DNA from: Chlorokybus atmophyticus
Taxonomy: Eukaryota; Plantae; Mesostigma and Chlorokybus algae
Reading direction: 5' to 3'
Assembly (NCBI GenBank): GCA_009103225.1
Contig: RHPI01001965.1
Span: 387,114-451,113 of the forward strand
Length of the DNA stretch: 64,000 nucleotides
In this document: positions 52,901-64,000 of the stretch, one piece after another
Layout of the letters: every line of letters begins with the position of its first letter
How positions within the stretch are numbered: position 1 is the stretch's first letter
Notes under the pieces: model-generated
Databases searched by the model: none
Seen by the model: the letters and a program-made list of their open reading frames with translations, nothing else
What the model was told of the DNA's origin: nothing
Made by a program: the position numbers and the translations under genes

Positions 52901-55578
52901 TTGCTGCCGCGGATCCTTCCAAAGTACGGGAACTTGTTGACCTTCAGCGCTTCAGCTCGCTGCAAACAGCACAAATGAGTTCCATGCCTCACATGCGACC
53001 ATGTGCATGTGCAGACCATGCAGCACGCATGTGCTCATAGTCAGCATGCACGCAAGCACTTACATTCAATAGGTATGGCAGGTCGAAATTGGAGATGTTA
53101 TACCCAATGATGATGTCCGGATCCGCCTCCCAGACTAGGTCCTGCAGTCAAAGGTCTGGCATGGGTTGTGGTATAGAAACGAGACATGAGGCCCTCAAGC
53201 ATACATTAGTACAATCTTGTGTTGTTTGTGCTTACCCTCCAAGCTAGGAGCAGCTTCTTTTCGTCATCAAACTGCAAGACATCTGCACCCACAATGGGCA
53301 AGCAGCTGCCCAGGGTCAATACATTACGGATGACTGGAGTTCTTTGACCTTGCTCCGTGACCATATTGGCTATCTGTACACAGAAGACATGTCCTATTGA
53401 ATACAGCTCGCACCTGCTGCAAAAGTTCAAGCAACCGCACCTGAATGACAGAATCCTCTTTGGCATCCGGGAAAAATCCTTTGCGGCCGGCACACTCAAT
53501 ATCAAAACTGAGAATGCGAACAGGTGCGAGACGAGAGTAGACACCCTCAGCTGGATGGCTGATCAACTTATCAAACCTGCAATACAGCGTAGCGTGAGTG
53601 TGATGGCATGCTATCTGCTCAATTGTGACTCAGAGAGCTTGGCAGCAAATAGAAATGACTGTTTTGTGCCGTACATGATGTCCACTTCAATCTGGCACTT
53701 GGTGATGCCTTCGCTGACCAATTGGTAGGAGGCTGCTGGCAGCTCCAACCAGTTGCCACCCGACACATTACAGTCCACCATGAATCGCAAAACGAAGAGC
53801 ACGTTGCTTTCATACGTCGGGAACACCTGGTCGGAGCCACAAACTTTGATGCCTGACTCCATCGCACCTGCGACCAGAGGTAGTATGGTTAGAACTTGCT
53901 CTGTGCATGAAACGATGAGCGCAATGCATGCTGCTTCTTTTCTCACTGCGTGCTGAGGTGACCAAGTTTGGAAGCGCCACTGTAATCTTGACGAACTTCT
54001 TGCGGTTGGTCTGGTACTTCATAAGGCTCTGCTTCTCCTCTAGTGCAACAGACACAACATGCACACCACCGGGATTGCCTTTGCGTGCACCAAGATCCTC
54101 CTGTACAGGTGTCATTGCACAAGACCTCAGCAACGAAAACCGTCACAAGGCAGACTTCAGTGACTGCCTGTTGACCTTACGTTTAGTGCTTCACGTAGCT
54201 GCTTGCAATGGGTGTTGTCGTAGTGCTGAGGCACTCCAGCATAGAAGTAGGGAAGAAACCCATGAATATGCGCGCATACACTGTTGCCTGCGCACAACAA
54301 CAAATTTACAGACCCAACACAGCAGTCCTATGCAAGCACCTCGCAAGACTTCTTTGCAGTGCCTTGCAAAGGGCGACACATCTGCTTGAGCAATTGCATC
54401 TCACCATTTGCAGTCACGCCGAAAGCTCTTAGGATAGGCGCTTGACTGATCCTGCCACCAGCCACTTGGCCAAAACTGTTACCGTGAACCCTCCCGACTA
54501 CATAATCTATATCCAGCTGCTGAAATACTGCAGATGGACAGCACATCAATCAGCGAAGGCTGCGCTTTACTTTGTAACTCAGAAACAAGCATGGCATGGC
54601 ACAGCAAACCTAGCGAGTCTCTGCTGGAATTCATAGGTGGTGGTGCTGGACGACGCCACTTTGAACGCTGGGCTTCATCAACTTCATCACCCACATCAAC
54701 AAGTGCCGCCTCTGCCTCAACAACATCATCCAGGAACACATCCTCGTCACCCTGTTCACAACAGCAGGCTTGGTGGTTGCATGGCATGTCAGCATTTGTG
54801 TGTCAGCCTCAGGTATGTTAACGCATTGACTGCCAGCTGCCTACACCATAGAACGCCATATACTGTGTTCCGCAATGTGGGTTGTCAGACACAATGATAC
54901 TGGCTACTCCAAGGAGTGGCGAGCAAGCCAATCCTTGACATAGCAGTATACAGTTTGTCACAACACACATGCATGACGCGCTCTTGCTAGTTTGGTGTGC
55001 TCAGCTACTGCGGTAGAGCAATGCTTTCGTTTGACACGATGTATCCAACAACCAGCACTACTGCACTCTCCACACGTTCCTCGACATGCTGCTCAGCACA
55101 TCTGCAATTGTAATGTATGCACGTGCACATGCGTTGCGCGCACCACATAAATGTTGACTTCACAACCACCTGCAGCACAAACATGCAGGTTGAGATAGCT
55201 TCCAACTGCATTTCCACACACGGGCAAGCGAGCATCCCAGCAAGCTACTTGCTTCAGAACGAACAGCCCTGTAATTGTAACTAACAGAAGCGCAATTGTC
55301 ATTGTGGGTAATCAACGAATAACTTCGGCAACAACTCAACCAAGTGACCGTGACTGCTGTCCCAGCGGTAACGCGGTAGCAACATTGGCAGCTGGTCTGA
55401 TTGTGGCTTACACTGGCTACATTATCCGCGTGCGCTTACGTTTGCAACGTACCTCATCAGCCTCCTCGTCTATCATGCGGTCAATCTCAGCGTCCGTAGG
55501 CGGCGGAGGCATGCCTCCTGGCCGCCTTTTGGCGGCGGGGCCATTTCTACTGGCATCTGGCCTGCGCTTAGTCTCCAT
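49911..55578 (-). CDS. POLD1: DNA polymerase delta catalytic subunit, multi-exon
   Basis: Exo[33 protein letters not shown], PolB region [44 protein letters not shown]-terminal CLGC..CRHC and CQRCQG..C..RDCPIFY. Confidence 0.99.
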
Positions 55579-55987
55579 AGTAGCAGTGCTAGCAAGCCGG
55601 CAGTAGTGCACTACAGAAGCTGTTTCACCCTTTCCTCCAACCACCCATCACCCTACTACCAGCACCCAATCCAGTCCAGAACAAACCACCTGCCAACCAA
55701 ATGACTCAACAAACGCAACGAAGCAGCGCTGTCCCACGTCCCACCAAGGCGACCAGACGCTCACAATGCCAAGCCTCTGTCCCAGCCCTAGCGCTGCTGC
55801 TCCGTGTGGACCCACCGCCGCCTTGGTGGTGCTGTGCTCTGCAGCAAACCAAGCAGGCAACATGACGCCAATATTGTTGCGAGACGTTTCATCAGACGCA
55901 TAACACATCAACGATGTCTACCTCACAGTTGCAGCCACCACCGTTCGATGGGAAAGCATATAACGTGTTCTGCTTGCAGCTGAGTTC

Positions 55988-56006
55988 GCGCGGGAACTTC
56001 CCGCGC
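55988..56006. promoter_or_regulatory. Palindromic pair of E2F-like sites upstream of POLD1; telo-box TTAGGGTTT at 56085-56093
   Basis: GCGCGGGAA-C-TTCCCGCGC, i.e. two inverted TTCCCGCG cores (7/8 match to plant TTTCCCGC), about 410 bp upstream of the POLD1 ATG. Confidence 0.6.
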
Positions 56007-56235
56007 AAATTTAAAAACCTGAAGACTGTGTAAACGGCAGCTGCTTAACTGCGAGTCCCATCCGTACTACCGTCCAGTTTACGGTTAGGGTTTACGGCTG
56101 CAGTGAAGAGCTGCTGCTAGCAAGGCGTCGTTGGCGTTGGCGGTGACGGTGACGGTGACGGTGGTGGAGCTTGTTTTTGTGTTGCATTCAATTCGTGCGC
56201 TTCGGCTGGTACGGTATGCTTTTTGGGCTTTGCTT

Positions 56236-56484
56236 GCTTGAGATCAAAAAATTCTCAGTCGTCCTCTCTCAACCCGGTCACTTTGCATGTCCTGCGTCCA
56301 GCTGCTGTATGTTTGCTGGCTAAACCTCGTTGATCTGCCTCTGTTCAACTTTTGGGTGCCTTTGCTTGAAATCAAAAAATTCACAGTCGTCCTCTCTCAA
56401 CCCGGTCATTTGGCATGTCCTGCGTCCAGCTGCTGTATGTTTGCTGGCTACACCTCGTTGATCACGTTTCTGCCTCTGTTCAAC
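56236..56484. repeat. About 128-bp-period imperfect tandem duplication upstream of the F-box gene
   Basis: GCTTGA(G/A)ATCAAAAAATTC(T/A)CAGTCGTCCTCTCTCAACCCGGTCA.. occurs at about 56236 and about 56364. Confidence 0.9.
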
Positions 56485-56920
56485 TGTGCGTGGTACAAGT
56501 GGTTCATTTCTTGCAGCTGTTACTCATGCTGTGGCCTCAATGCTGCATGGTCGGGTAACACGCCCTGCAACAGGTCGTCAACCTAGTCATGCTTGTGGCA
56601 AACATGTGGCAAACATGTGAGTCGTGAGCAGCATTTTGTTGCATTGGCATGCGAGCAGCAGTCAAATGTACGTCCCATCCCAAATCGGCAATCCCAACTG
56701 GTGAACCGAAGCGACATTTGAACGCATGTTACATCTTAGTGACCATCAAACTGCAGTGGGTTGACAGCATGCATTTTGGACGCACTCCTCCTGTGTCTGG
56801 CTACAAACTTGTTGCCGCCATGCCTGCGTGCTATGCTTGCAGCAGTTTTCTTATTCACTCTTTAAGAGGCTGATTGCATGCGGTACATCTGTCAGCCAGG
56901 TGCACGCCAGTGGTTCAGCC

Positions 56921-59194
56921 ATGGCCAAGAGGGCTCATGTTGCTGACCACAGCTCAGCTGCATCCTACATCTTGCAGCTGCCGACACCACTGCTGCTGTC
57001 CATCTTGGAGCACCTTCCAGGTGAAGAGGTCTGCCGAGCAGCCCTTGTCGGCCATAGTTGGCGTGCAGCGATCGACTCCGCAGGGGATTGCTTCTGGCAA
57101 GCTGTCGTAGCACGCCAGGTGACGCGCTTGGCATGTAGGAGCTCATTTGCATGTGTGTACTACCGGCATGATGCCGCATGCATGGACCATAAACATACAA
57201 CAAGTGTAGTTCTTCTGGTGGCTGCGAAGTTGCAATGGTCGCCCAGCAGTACAAGCTGACAATCCTTTTGTGTGGTGCATTGGCAGTTCCAAGCGGTTGA
57301 GTCACTTGAAACGTCATTGCGAGTGGACTTGCCTCCGGGCTGTCACTCGTGGCAACAGCTCTATGCTCAGAGGATGGTTGCCGGACGCAATTGGCTACAC
57401 GGCTCTTGTGTCCGCCAAGTTGGCAAGCAGCAGTCAGGGGTTTCCCAGGAACAGCAACATCAAATACTGCCCCATGCAGTTGCACCCCAAAATGCAGAGG
57501 CCTTGAGGGACTGTAGTTTTGTACCGCCAGTGTTTGGCGGCACGGAAGTATGCTCAATACGAATAGTTGACGACATTCTAATTACCGGTGCAGCTTCTGG
57601 TGATGTAAGCAATTTATCGTGGTCATTGCTCCTGGGTGCGCACTGACATCACTTGTTCATCCACAATCACCTGTAATATTGTAGTCCATTCAGTTGCAAA
57701 GCTTGCTGAGTGTGGTTCATTGTGAGCAGGTAGCAATTTGGGACCTGCTGCAGGGCGTTTGCGTTGCGCACCTCATAGGCCACGACGATGTTATCTTCAC
57801 CATTGATGTTGATCTTGGCAGGTACAGCCGCTATTCTGCAGCTGTAGGGCAACAGCCAACTGATGTGCTATTGTTGAGCAGGACCATGCTGATGACAGGT
57901 TCTGCGGACTTCACTTGCCGCGTCTGGTCGTTGGTGGACTACAAGTGCAAGCACACTCTGACTATGGAGGTCGGAAGCGAATGCATTGATGGTAGACTGT
58001 TCCCGGATGATAAGGTTTGCATTTCAATAGCATCTGCGTGCTGATGGTACTGACAGAAGTCCAGCATATTGTGATGCCGCGTTAATTGTTACAGGTTGTG
58101 ACCTCTTCAAAGCGCCCCAGCGAAGTCTTCCACACCATCACAGTTTGGAACCTCCTGACAGAGCAAAAGTGTGCTGAGTACCGTCATCCGCACATATTTG
58201 TCGATTTTGAGAATGCCTTGCTTGTGGTAGCTGATGGCAAACAAGTGACACTGCAAGAGGCAGACGGAACTATTTTCGCACAGGTTTGTTGAGCAGCTGA
58301 GCATGTGTTATATGACTGAGGATGGCACTTGACTTTGGCTATTTGACACAAGCAGTTGGAAGCACCTATTACTGGCGACATAAGTGAGATGTTCTGCCAC
58401 AACACCAATGGCCAGCGGTTGCTGATTCTGTCCGATCAGCGGGAAGTTGCAATGCTCGATGTTAAATCACGCTCGTTGTTGTCATACTTTCACATTGGAC
58501 ATGGTGAGGAGGTAGCGCTTGCATCTTCAAGCCCAGTGTGTTGCTTGTTCAGCATCCCCGCGATGCCGTTGGATCTACCAGCTCCTCGAACCTTCACAAG
58601 GTTTTCTGTATACAATGTTGAGGAAGGGCGCTTGATTGGGCGCTCCAAGTACATGCAGGTGAGAGGCTTGTCCATGGACCCGATACGTATGCAAGTTGGC
58701 CGCTGTGTGCCGCACGCAGCAACCTCTGCTGAGGCTGCGCTCGTATGGTTTATAACATGCTTGTTTGGCGTTGCACAGGTTCTATCAGCTGCTGCGGATG
58801 GGTATGTATGTGGATCGCCACTGCATGTCATTGGTTGCTGTTGTAATGTGGGGTGAGCAAGCGGACGTTCGCATAACTGATGTTGTGTTGAAAGCATGTC
58901 TGATGCTGCAGGTTGGAATTTGTCAGCCAACAGCCTTGGATGATGGCGAATGTAACAGCTGTCTTGGTCGATGAGCACGACAAGCTGGTGCTTTGGACGT
59001 GCCCGAGTGACCAGTGGGTTCATCTGCAACATTCGCTGGAGTTTCAACCGGACGTAGACGCAATTGCGGAATGCAGCTGGAGATGGCTCGTAGTGAAGGA
59101 CACTCGAGGGGTGCATGCTTTTGACTTCCTGAACGGTTTCAAGTTTAATAAGACTGCCACACGCGAGGCAGTAGGCGGAACGGTGTCAAGATGA
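56921..59194 (+). CDS. F-box/WD40-repeat protein
   Basis: F-box LQLPTPLLLSILEHLPGEEVCRAALVGHSWRAAI; WD40 motifs LITGAASGDVAIWD, LIGHDDVIFTIDV, LMTGSADFTCRVWS, VLSAAADG. Confidence 0.88.
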
Positions 59195-59899
59195 TATAAG
59201 TGAACCATTGCTGGTGTCCAGATGAGCACATGGGCACCTCGGCATTGATTGATCGATCTAATACAACGCATGTGTAAATAGCCTGCTGTTTCATGCGCAT
59301 ATCACTCTCAAGTACTCGCCACACTGCGCAGTACCATGTTGCAAGGTATAACACATACCAACCCCACCACCCAACCCCACCAACCCCACCACCTAACCCC
59401 ACCAGCAGCACCTAATCGCCAGCGCTACGCACAGCGCAGTGCAGTGCGCGACAGTACCGCACTGCCAGCCGGAATTGAGAGCAAGGGGCAGGGCAGAGGG
59501 GCGGGGCAGAGGGGCCCTGCCGGACAAGCAGCGACAAGGGTTACAACCGCAGCGGCAGCAGAGCCAATGGAGAAGGAGAAGGGGCAGGCGGTCAGTGACG
59601 AACGTTGCTAACGCTGCCACTCGTGTGTTGTACAGGTAATTGACAGATGCTATGCATGCTTGCATGTCTCACGGGGTGGTGGTTTTGTTAACGTTGGTAG
59701 TGAAGATGCAATAGGTCAGCCCGGTGGTAAACAACTGTACAACAATGACTGCCTGCATGTTGCCTACACTTGCATGTTCTTAGCATGAGCATACATACGC
59801 CGCATTGTATGTACACACCTCGCCCTGGCAGCTTTTGCGTCCCATGCCAGAGGCATGCCAGGTAGCACGCGCCTGTTTGGGCGTGCGACTGATTACCCC

Positions 59900-61470
59900 T
59901 ATGCTACAGCATAGGTTGCTGTGGACGGTGACTGGTGTGGGTGCTTGACCAGGAGCACCATGCATGCATGGAGTAGTATGAAGTTGGTAACAACCCACCC
60001 TGTTAGCCATGCAGGGCAGTGCAGGACTGCAGCAACCACCATGGCACAAGCAACTTGCCATTGAAACAGCATACAAGCGCGGCTGGTGGACATACACTAC
60101 CAATGGCAACTGCCAGTGCTGGTGCACATACGTGGAAATGGCAGTGGGTTCGGCCTTCACACGCTTCCAAGGCCACTGCAGAGCAGCCCGTCATGCTCAA
60201 GCTAGTTTACTCGAGCGCGCCATGCAGCAGGTGCCAGTAGACTACTGGGGCGTGTCACCGTTGGAATCAATATCGCTATTGCGAGGCGAAACTACTGCGC
60301 AATGGCACAGACGCGCCGCTCAGAAGGAGTGGTTGTAGACGAGACGTTTACACACCGTCACACTCAGGGGATACAATGTGGAGCACTCCCCGTACAGACG
60401 TGCTCGCATACAAAGAAGAGCACAAGCCCGCATCTATGCTCAACGATAGCAGCACGCACGCAATGCATGGCAGCATGGAAGACCCTTTGGTTACCAAGAT
60501 TTCCTCCGCCGCACACAAAGATTGGTGGAACGCATGCAGCACGCACACTTTGCCATGCACGACCTGCTGAATTTCAAGCTTGGCAACTTATGCAAGATGT
60601 TGCGTGTGCTGGAATGCACAGCGCCAGAAGACATCCAAGTACAACCAGCACACGCTCAAGCATTGACGGCGACCATGAGAAGATTGCTGAGCAACTACCC
60701 AACAGCTCTACACCACAGTTGCGCAACGCCCGCATGGTGGTGGCCTGCCCATATGACAATGCCGCAGTGGACGCCCTACAGCTGCAACAGCTGCCCGCCG
60801 ACCCAGCATTCAGGGCGGCCCTACCACCACATGCCAGGACGCGAGTGGGGGTGCCGCTGCTGGTCTGGCGCTGTAGTAAGACGGTGGGTCGCACATTGTG
60901 CAACCGCACGCATGAAGTCATCAACTCATCAGCGCAGCAGCAACTGACGGTCTTGTCATTGCCGTGCCATTGCTCCTCATCGCCGGCTTCAACAGTGCAC
61001 CCACAGCTGGGCGATGTAGTCACGTGTGACTACGACAGCGTGACAACTTCGCAGGTGTTGCGCACGATACTCAGCCGCGGGGCAAAGTTTCGTAGCCCTG
61101 TGTCGACAGACATACGTGTCTGCGTACCTGAGATCACTGCAGCCGTACAGAGGTTCGCGCACCGGTTAGAATGCGGACAACCGATGGCGCTGCATTATAC
61201 TACTTTGCACACGGTGACCGATTTACATTCCATTTGTCTCAAACAATAGTCCTACGTAGAGTCCAACTTTGGCAAGAACACTTAAGCCGTACGATGCAAC
61301 GCATCCATCATCATAACTATGGTTTACATGATGAACGACTGTGTGCATTGAACATTCGGATGTACCGATGGTGGTCAATCATAATGCGCATTGCCGTCGA
61401 TATCACACCGGTAGAAATGGCCCCCCAACAGTTCGGCCTTGCCCTCAACTCAATGGAGATCTAGCTATAA
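59900..61470 (+). mobile_element. Decayed Penelope-like retroelement, GIY-YIG N-terminal to RT (Chlamys/Naiad-type), truncated before the RT core
   Basis: GWWTY..CTYVE..SAFTRFQGH.RAAR..WL*TRRLHT..GYN (GIY-YIG); linker PLLVWRCSKTVG..LCN..CHC..GDVVTCD..LRTILSRGAKFR; ITPVEMAPQQFG (PxDKA-like). Two in-frame TAG codons (60336, 60447) and two frameshifts. Confidence 0.7.
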
Positions 61471-61750
61471 CTTGATTAGGGATCCGCATGTAAGCAACGT
61501 ATCGAATTTTGCATTCTTACCTGCTGCAGCCACAACTTAGTTTGGTATCTGGCTGCCAAGGTCAAGTAGTTGGTGTGCATTAAGTTCGGTATCCGTCTTT
61601 TCTTAAACCTAATAATGCCCACATCCAATACTATTTTTTTGTTAGATCATGTATCAAGGGGACCAAATTCAATGCGTGATCTAAACGAAAATGTTATCCC
61701 CGCAGTTCGCGGCAAAAACCCAAAAAGTCGCAACGTAGCGGGTTTTACGA

Positions 61751-61844
61751 CTACATCGCCGGGTTTTGAACCTGCGGATGACGCATGTCGGACAAACAAG
61801 TAGCGACCTACGACCTAACCACTGACCGACTAGACTACGACGAC
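61751..61844 (-). pseudogene. tRNA-like Pol III unit (tRNA-Asp-like pseudogene or SINE head)
   Basis: 5' GTCGTCGTAGTCTAGTCGGT (A-box-like), B-box GGTTCAAAACC (61772-61762), 3' CCCGGCGATG pairs with the 5' CGTCG, T5 terminator at 61726-61722. No canonical anticodon arm could be folded. Confidence 0.55.
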
Positions 61845-62023
61845 ACAAGACACCCAGCATTGCGTTTGCTACTAATATCATCTATTAAGTAGCTGCCTTG
61901 ATTGCCTCACGTGCCGCAAGAAGTGTTAGATGAATTCCATGCATGTGTCACGCAACGCATGCACCAACAGCTGCATACATTATTTATGTGTATATATATG
62001 TGTAAATACATATATACACGGCT

Positions 62024-64000
62024 TGTAACGGGAGCAATAATAATAGGGGTATTATTGCTACCTAAATAACACATTTTGTATGAATAAGTATTTAAATATG
62101 CTTATTTATACCTCTTTTCTACGGTTCCTCGCTTATTAAAGGCTATGATGCTTTATCATAGCTTAAATAAGTCCCAATGGGTGTAGAACCGCTTATTCAA
62201 GCCTATTTAGTGTCACATTTGATATAATGTGATCACTATCTCGTTAGGTACCTTACGATAGGTATCTTTGGATAGGTACCTTATTGATAGGTACCTTATC
62301 TGAGCTGTGATTGGCTCACGCTAGATTTCCTAACTACCCTATCTGTAGGGTCGATGTCTAGTTGTGAGTTAATTATCGAGAGGTATATAGTTGATATACT
62401 CTTGATATAAAAGGTCACATCAATCTAATGTGGGGACTTTTGAGTTCTCTGCTCAGTGGCGGCCACGCCGTAAGAAGGCTTGTCATAGGCGGTGTGGGTG
62501 TTGGGGTAGAGGATTGAAGGGGCATCACCGGCGACGGTGGTGCTATTACATTGGTATCCAGGAGCTGGAGGGTGACGTGGGTACTTATAGGGGGCGGCGA
62601 CCTGCTTTCGGCCAATAAAAAGGCGTCGGCGGCGGCCTCCCATTCGTCCACGCAGCTCAAGCTTCAAGTTCGCTTCCCTGCGCTACCTCAACGTTGAAGC
62701 CACCTATCAAAGAGGCGGCCTCTCCACGTGTGAGGTACCATCACACACGTCGGTGACTTGCCTGCTTGCCTGCTTGTCAGCTGCTTGCCAGGTGCTTGCC
62801 AGGTGCACGTGTGTACTTTTACACACAGTGACTTGCCAGTGCACTATCATTGCTTGCAGTGAATGCCTGTCATTGCATGCGGTGATTGCGGCTTGCTGTG
62901 TGCCATCACTGTTTGTCATACTTAGTGCACTATCATTGCTTGCAGTGATTGCCTGTCATTGCATGCGGTGATTGCTTGTCATTGTGCTTGCCAGTGCATG
63001 TCACCATTAGTCACCGTACGGCTTGCCTGTTGCATGCCTGTGGCTTGCCTGTTGCATGCCTGTGACGTACCTGTGACCTGCCAGTGGCTTTGCCGGGTCG
63101 CTTGACCCGGGTCCGTAAGTTCCAAACCAAACTGTTCCCAAACCCTCCCCCTCTGGCTTCGGCCTGGAGATCGGGACTTGGTTAGAACAGTTGTGGGAAG
63201 GTTCTAGGACATTCTGTTCCCAAACCCTGTTAGTCTGAAACCCTCCCCCTCTGGCTTCGGCCTGGAGATTGGGACTTGGTTGAGGACAACACAGGGTTAG
63301 GACATTCTGGTCCCACTCAGACTTGTTCTGTTTGGTGACACTCCAGATCCAACCTTTCCTTATTTGCGACTGGTGTGGACTCTGTTTGGGACTTTTACAA
63401 CTTGAGGTCATTTTGATCCTCTCGTTGAACCTGGTCCATTGGTGAGGTTCTCACCATCCCATTCTGCCTGTTTTGCAGACAGACGGAAGAAAACTCGGTG
63501 CCCACCTCAAAAGGGGAGAGCTCGGAAAAAGAGCAACCTTCCCGTGAGGAGGAATTTTCATGGAAGATATTCCGAATCCGGATGATGCACCTGATGAGTC
63601 TCAAGCTGCCAAAGCTGCGGAAGCTTCAGTGGATGATAGATCACCTTCTATATTTCCTGAGTTTTCTATTCACATGACACAGCAGGACTTGATGGAGCAT
63701 TTCCTTGGCACCTATGATCAGGACCCTCGTGAGGCAATTGTCTCACTCGTGAACTTTCTCTTCCTTTTGGCAGGAAAAGTTTCAAAGCTCACCACCTTTA
63801 TGGGGCGAGATTGGGAGGGGCAGATGGGTGAAGGCAAACGTGTTTTGAACATGGTCGAGCGTCTTCAACGTGCTGATAATGGTCCACCTGTTCAAGCTCT
63901 TGCTCGTCCTGCCGAGTTTATTCCCAACAAGCAAGCGGCCATCTTCGACTGGCTTGTGAAGCTGCGACACCATGTCAACTCCCTTCACATTTCTGAGGAG
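62024..64000 (+). mobile_element. 5' portion of an LTR retrotransposon (LTR 62024-62550, PBS 62552-62565, long repeat-containing leader, gag); runs off the window
   Basis: TGTAA..TTACA termini; ATTGG at 62310; TATAAAA at 62406; PBS TGGTATCCAGGAGC resembles the iMet-type TGGTATCAGAGC; leader tandem repeats (about 62840-62976, 63021-63063, 63139-63282). Confidence 0.75.
63560..64000 (+). CDS. Gag-like ORF, N-terminal 147 codons, open at the window edge (absent from the ORF track)
   Basis: MEDIPNPDD..ARPAEFIPNKQAAIFDWLVKLRHHV.. has no stop to the end of the window; PxxF...dWL pattern resembles retrotransposon Gag. Confidence 0.65.
   Translation, partial: MEDIPNPDDAPDESQAAKAAEASVDDRSPSIFPEFSIHMTQQDLMEHFLGTYDQDPREAIVSLVNFLFLLAGKVSKLTTFMGRDWEGQMGEGKRVLNMVERLQRADNGPPVQALARPAEFIPNKQAAIFDWLVKLRHHVNSLHISEE

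Noticed and set aside
63588-63630. CTGATGAG as a hammerhead ribozyme core
   Set aside because: No stem II/GAAA partner, and it lies in the gag reading frame.

Overview
Eukaryotic nuclear DNA, most likely from a green-lineage alga. This is inferred from short GT/GC-AG introns, apparent plastid transit peptides, telo-box and E2F-like motifs, and a Chlamys-type retroelement; the species cannot be determined from sequence alone. All gene models were assembled by hand from splice signals and protein motifs, with no database searches. Three zones. (1) 1-14.4 kb, accessory: two tandem 7-exon paralogs encoding a secreted Cys-containing beta-helix-like protein, AT-rich decayed DNA, several long hairpins, microsatellites and two scaffold gaps. 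(2) 14.9-59.2 kb, gene-dense core mostly in head-to-head pairs: RNMT, a hypothetical acidic protein, DYNLRB, an internally duplicated RHH-like/CxxC protein, LYRM4, APEH, rimO, PRP38, an ABCG half-transporter, an uncharacterised membrane protein with a +1 frameshift, MRPL54, a K-channel-like protein with a non-canonical filter, POLD1 and an F-box/WD40 protein. (3) 59.9-64 kb, transposon cluster: a decayed Penelope-like element with an N-terminal GIY-YIG domain, a tRNA-like Pol III unit, and the 5' end of an LTR retrotransposon. The strongest candidate for an undescribed system is a set of dense GTAC (SBP/CuRE-type) clusters. One is present in the promoter of one secreted paralog and mutated at the aligned positions in the other, one is palindromic between ABCG and the membrane protein gene, and one is in the LTR.
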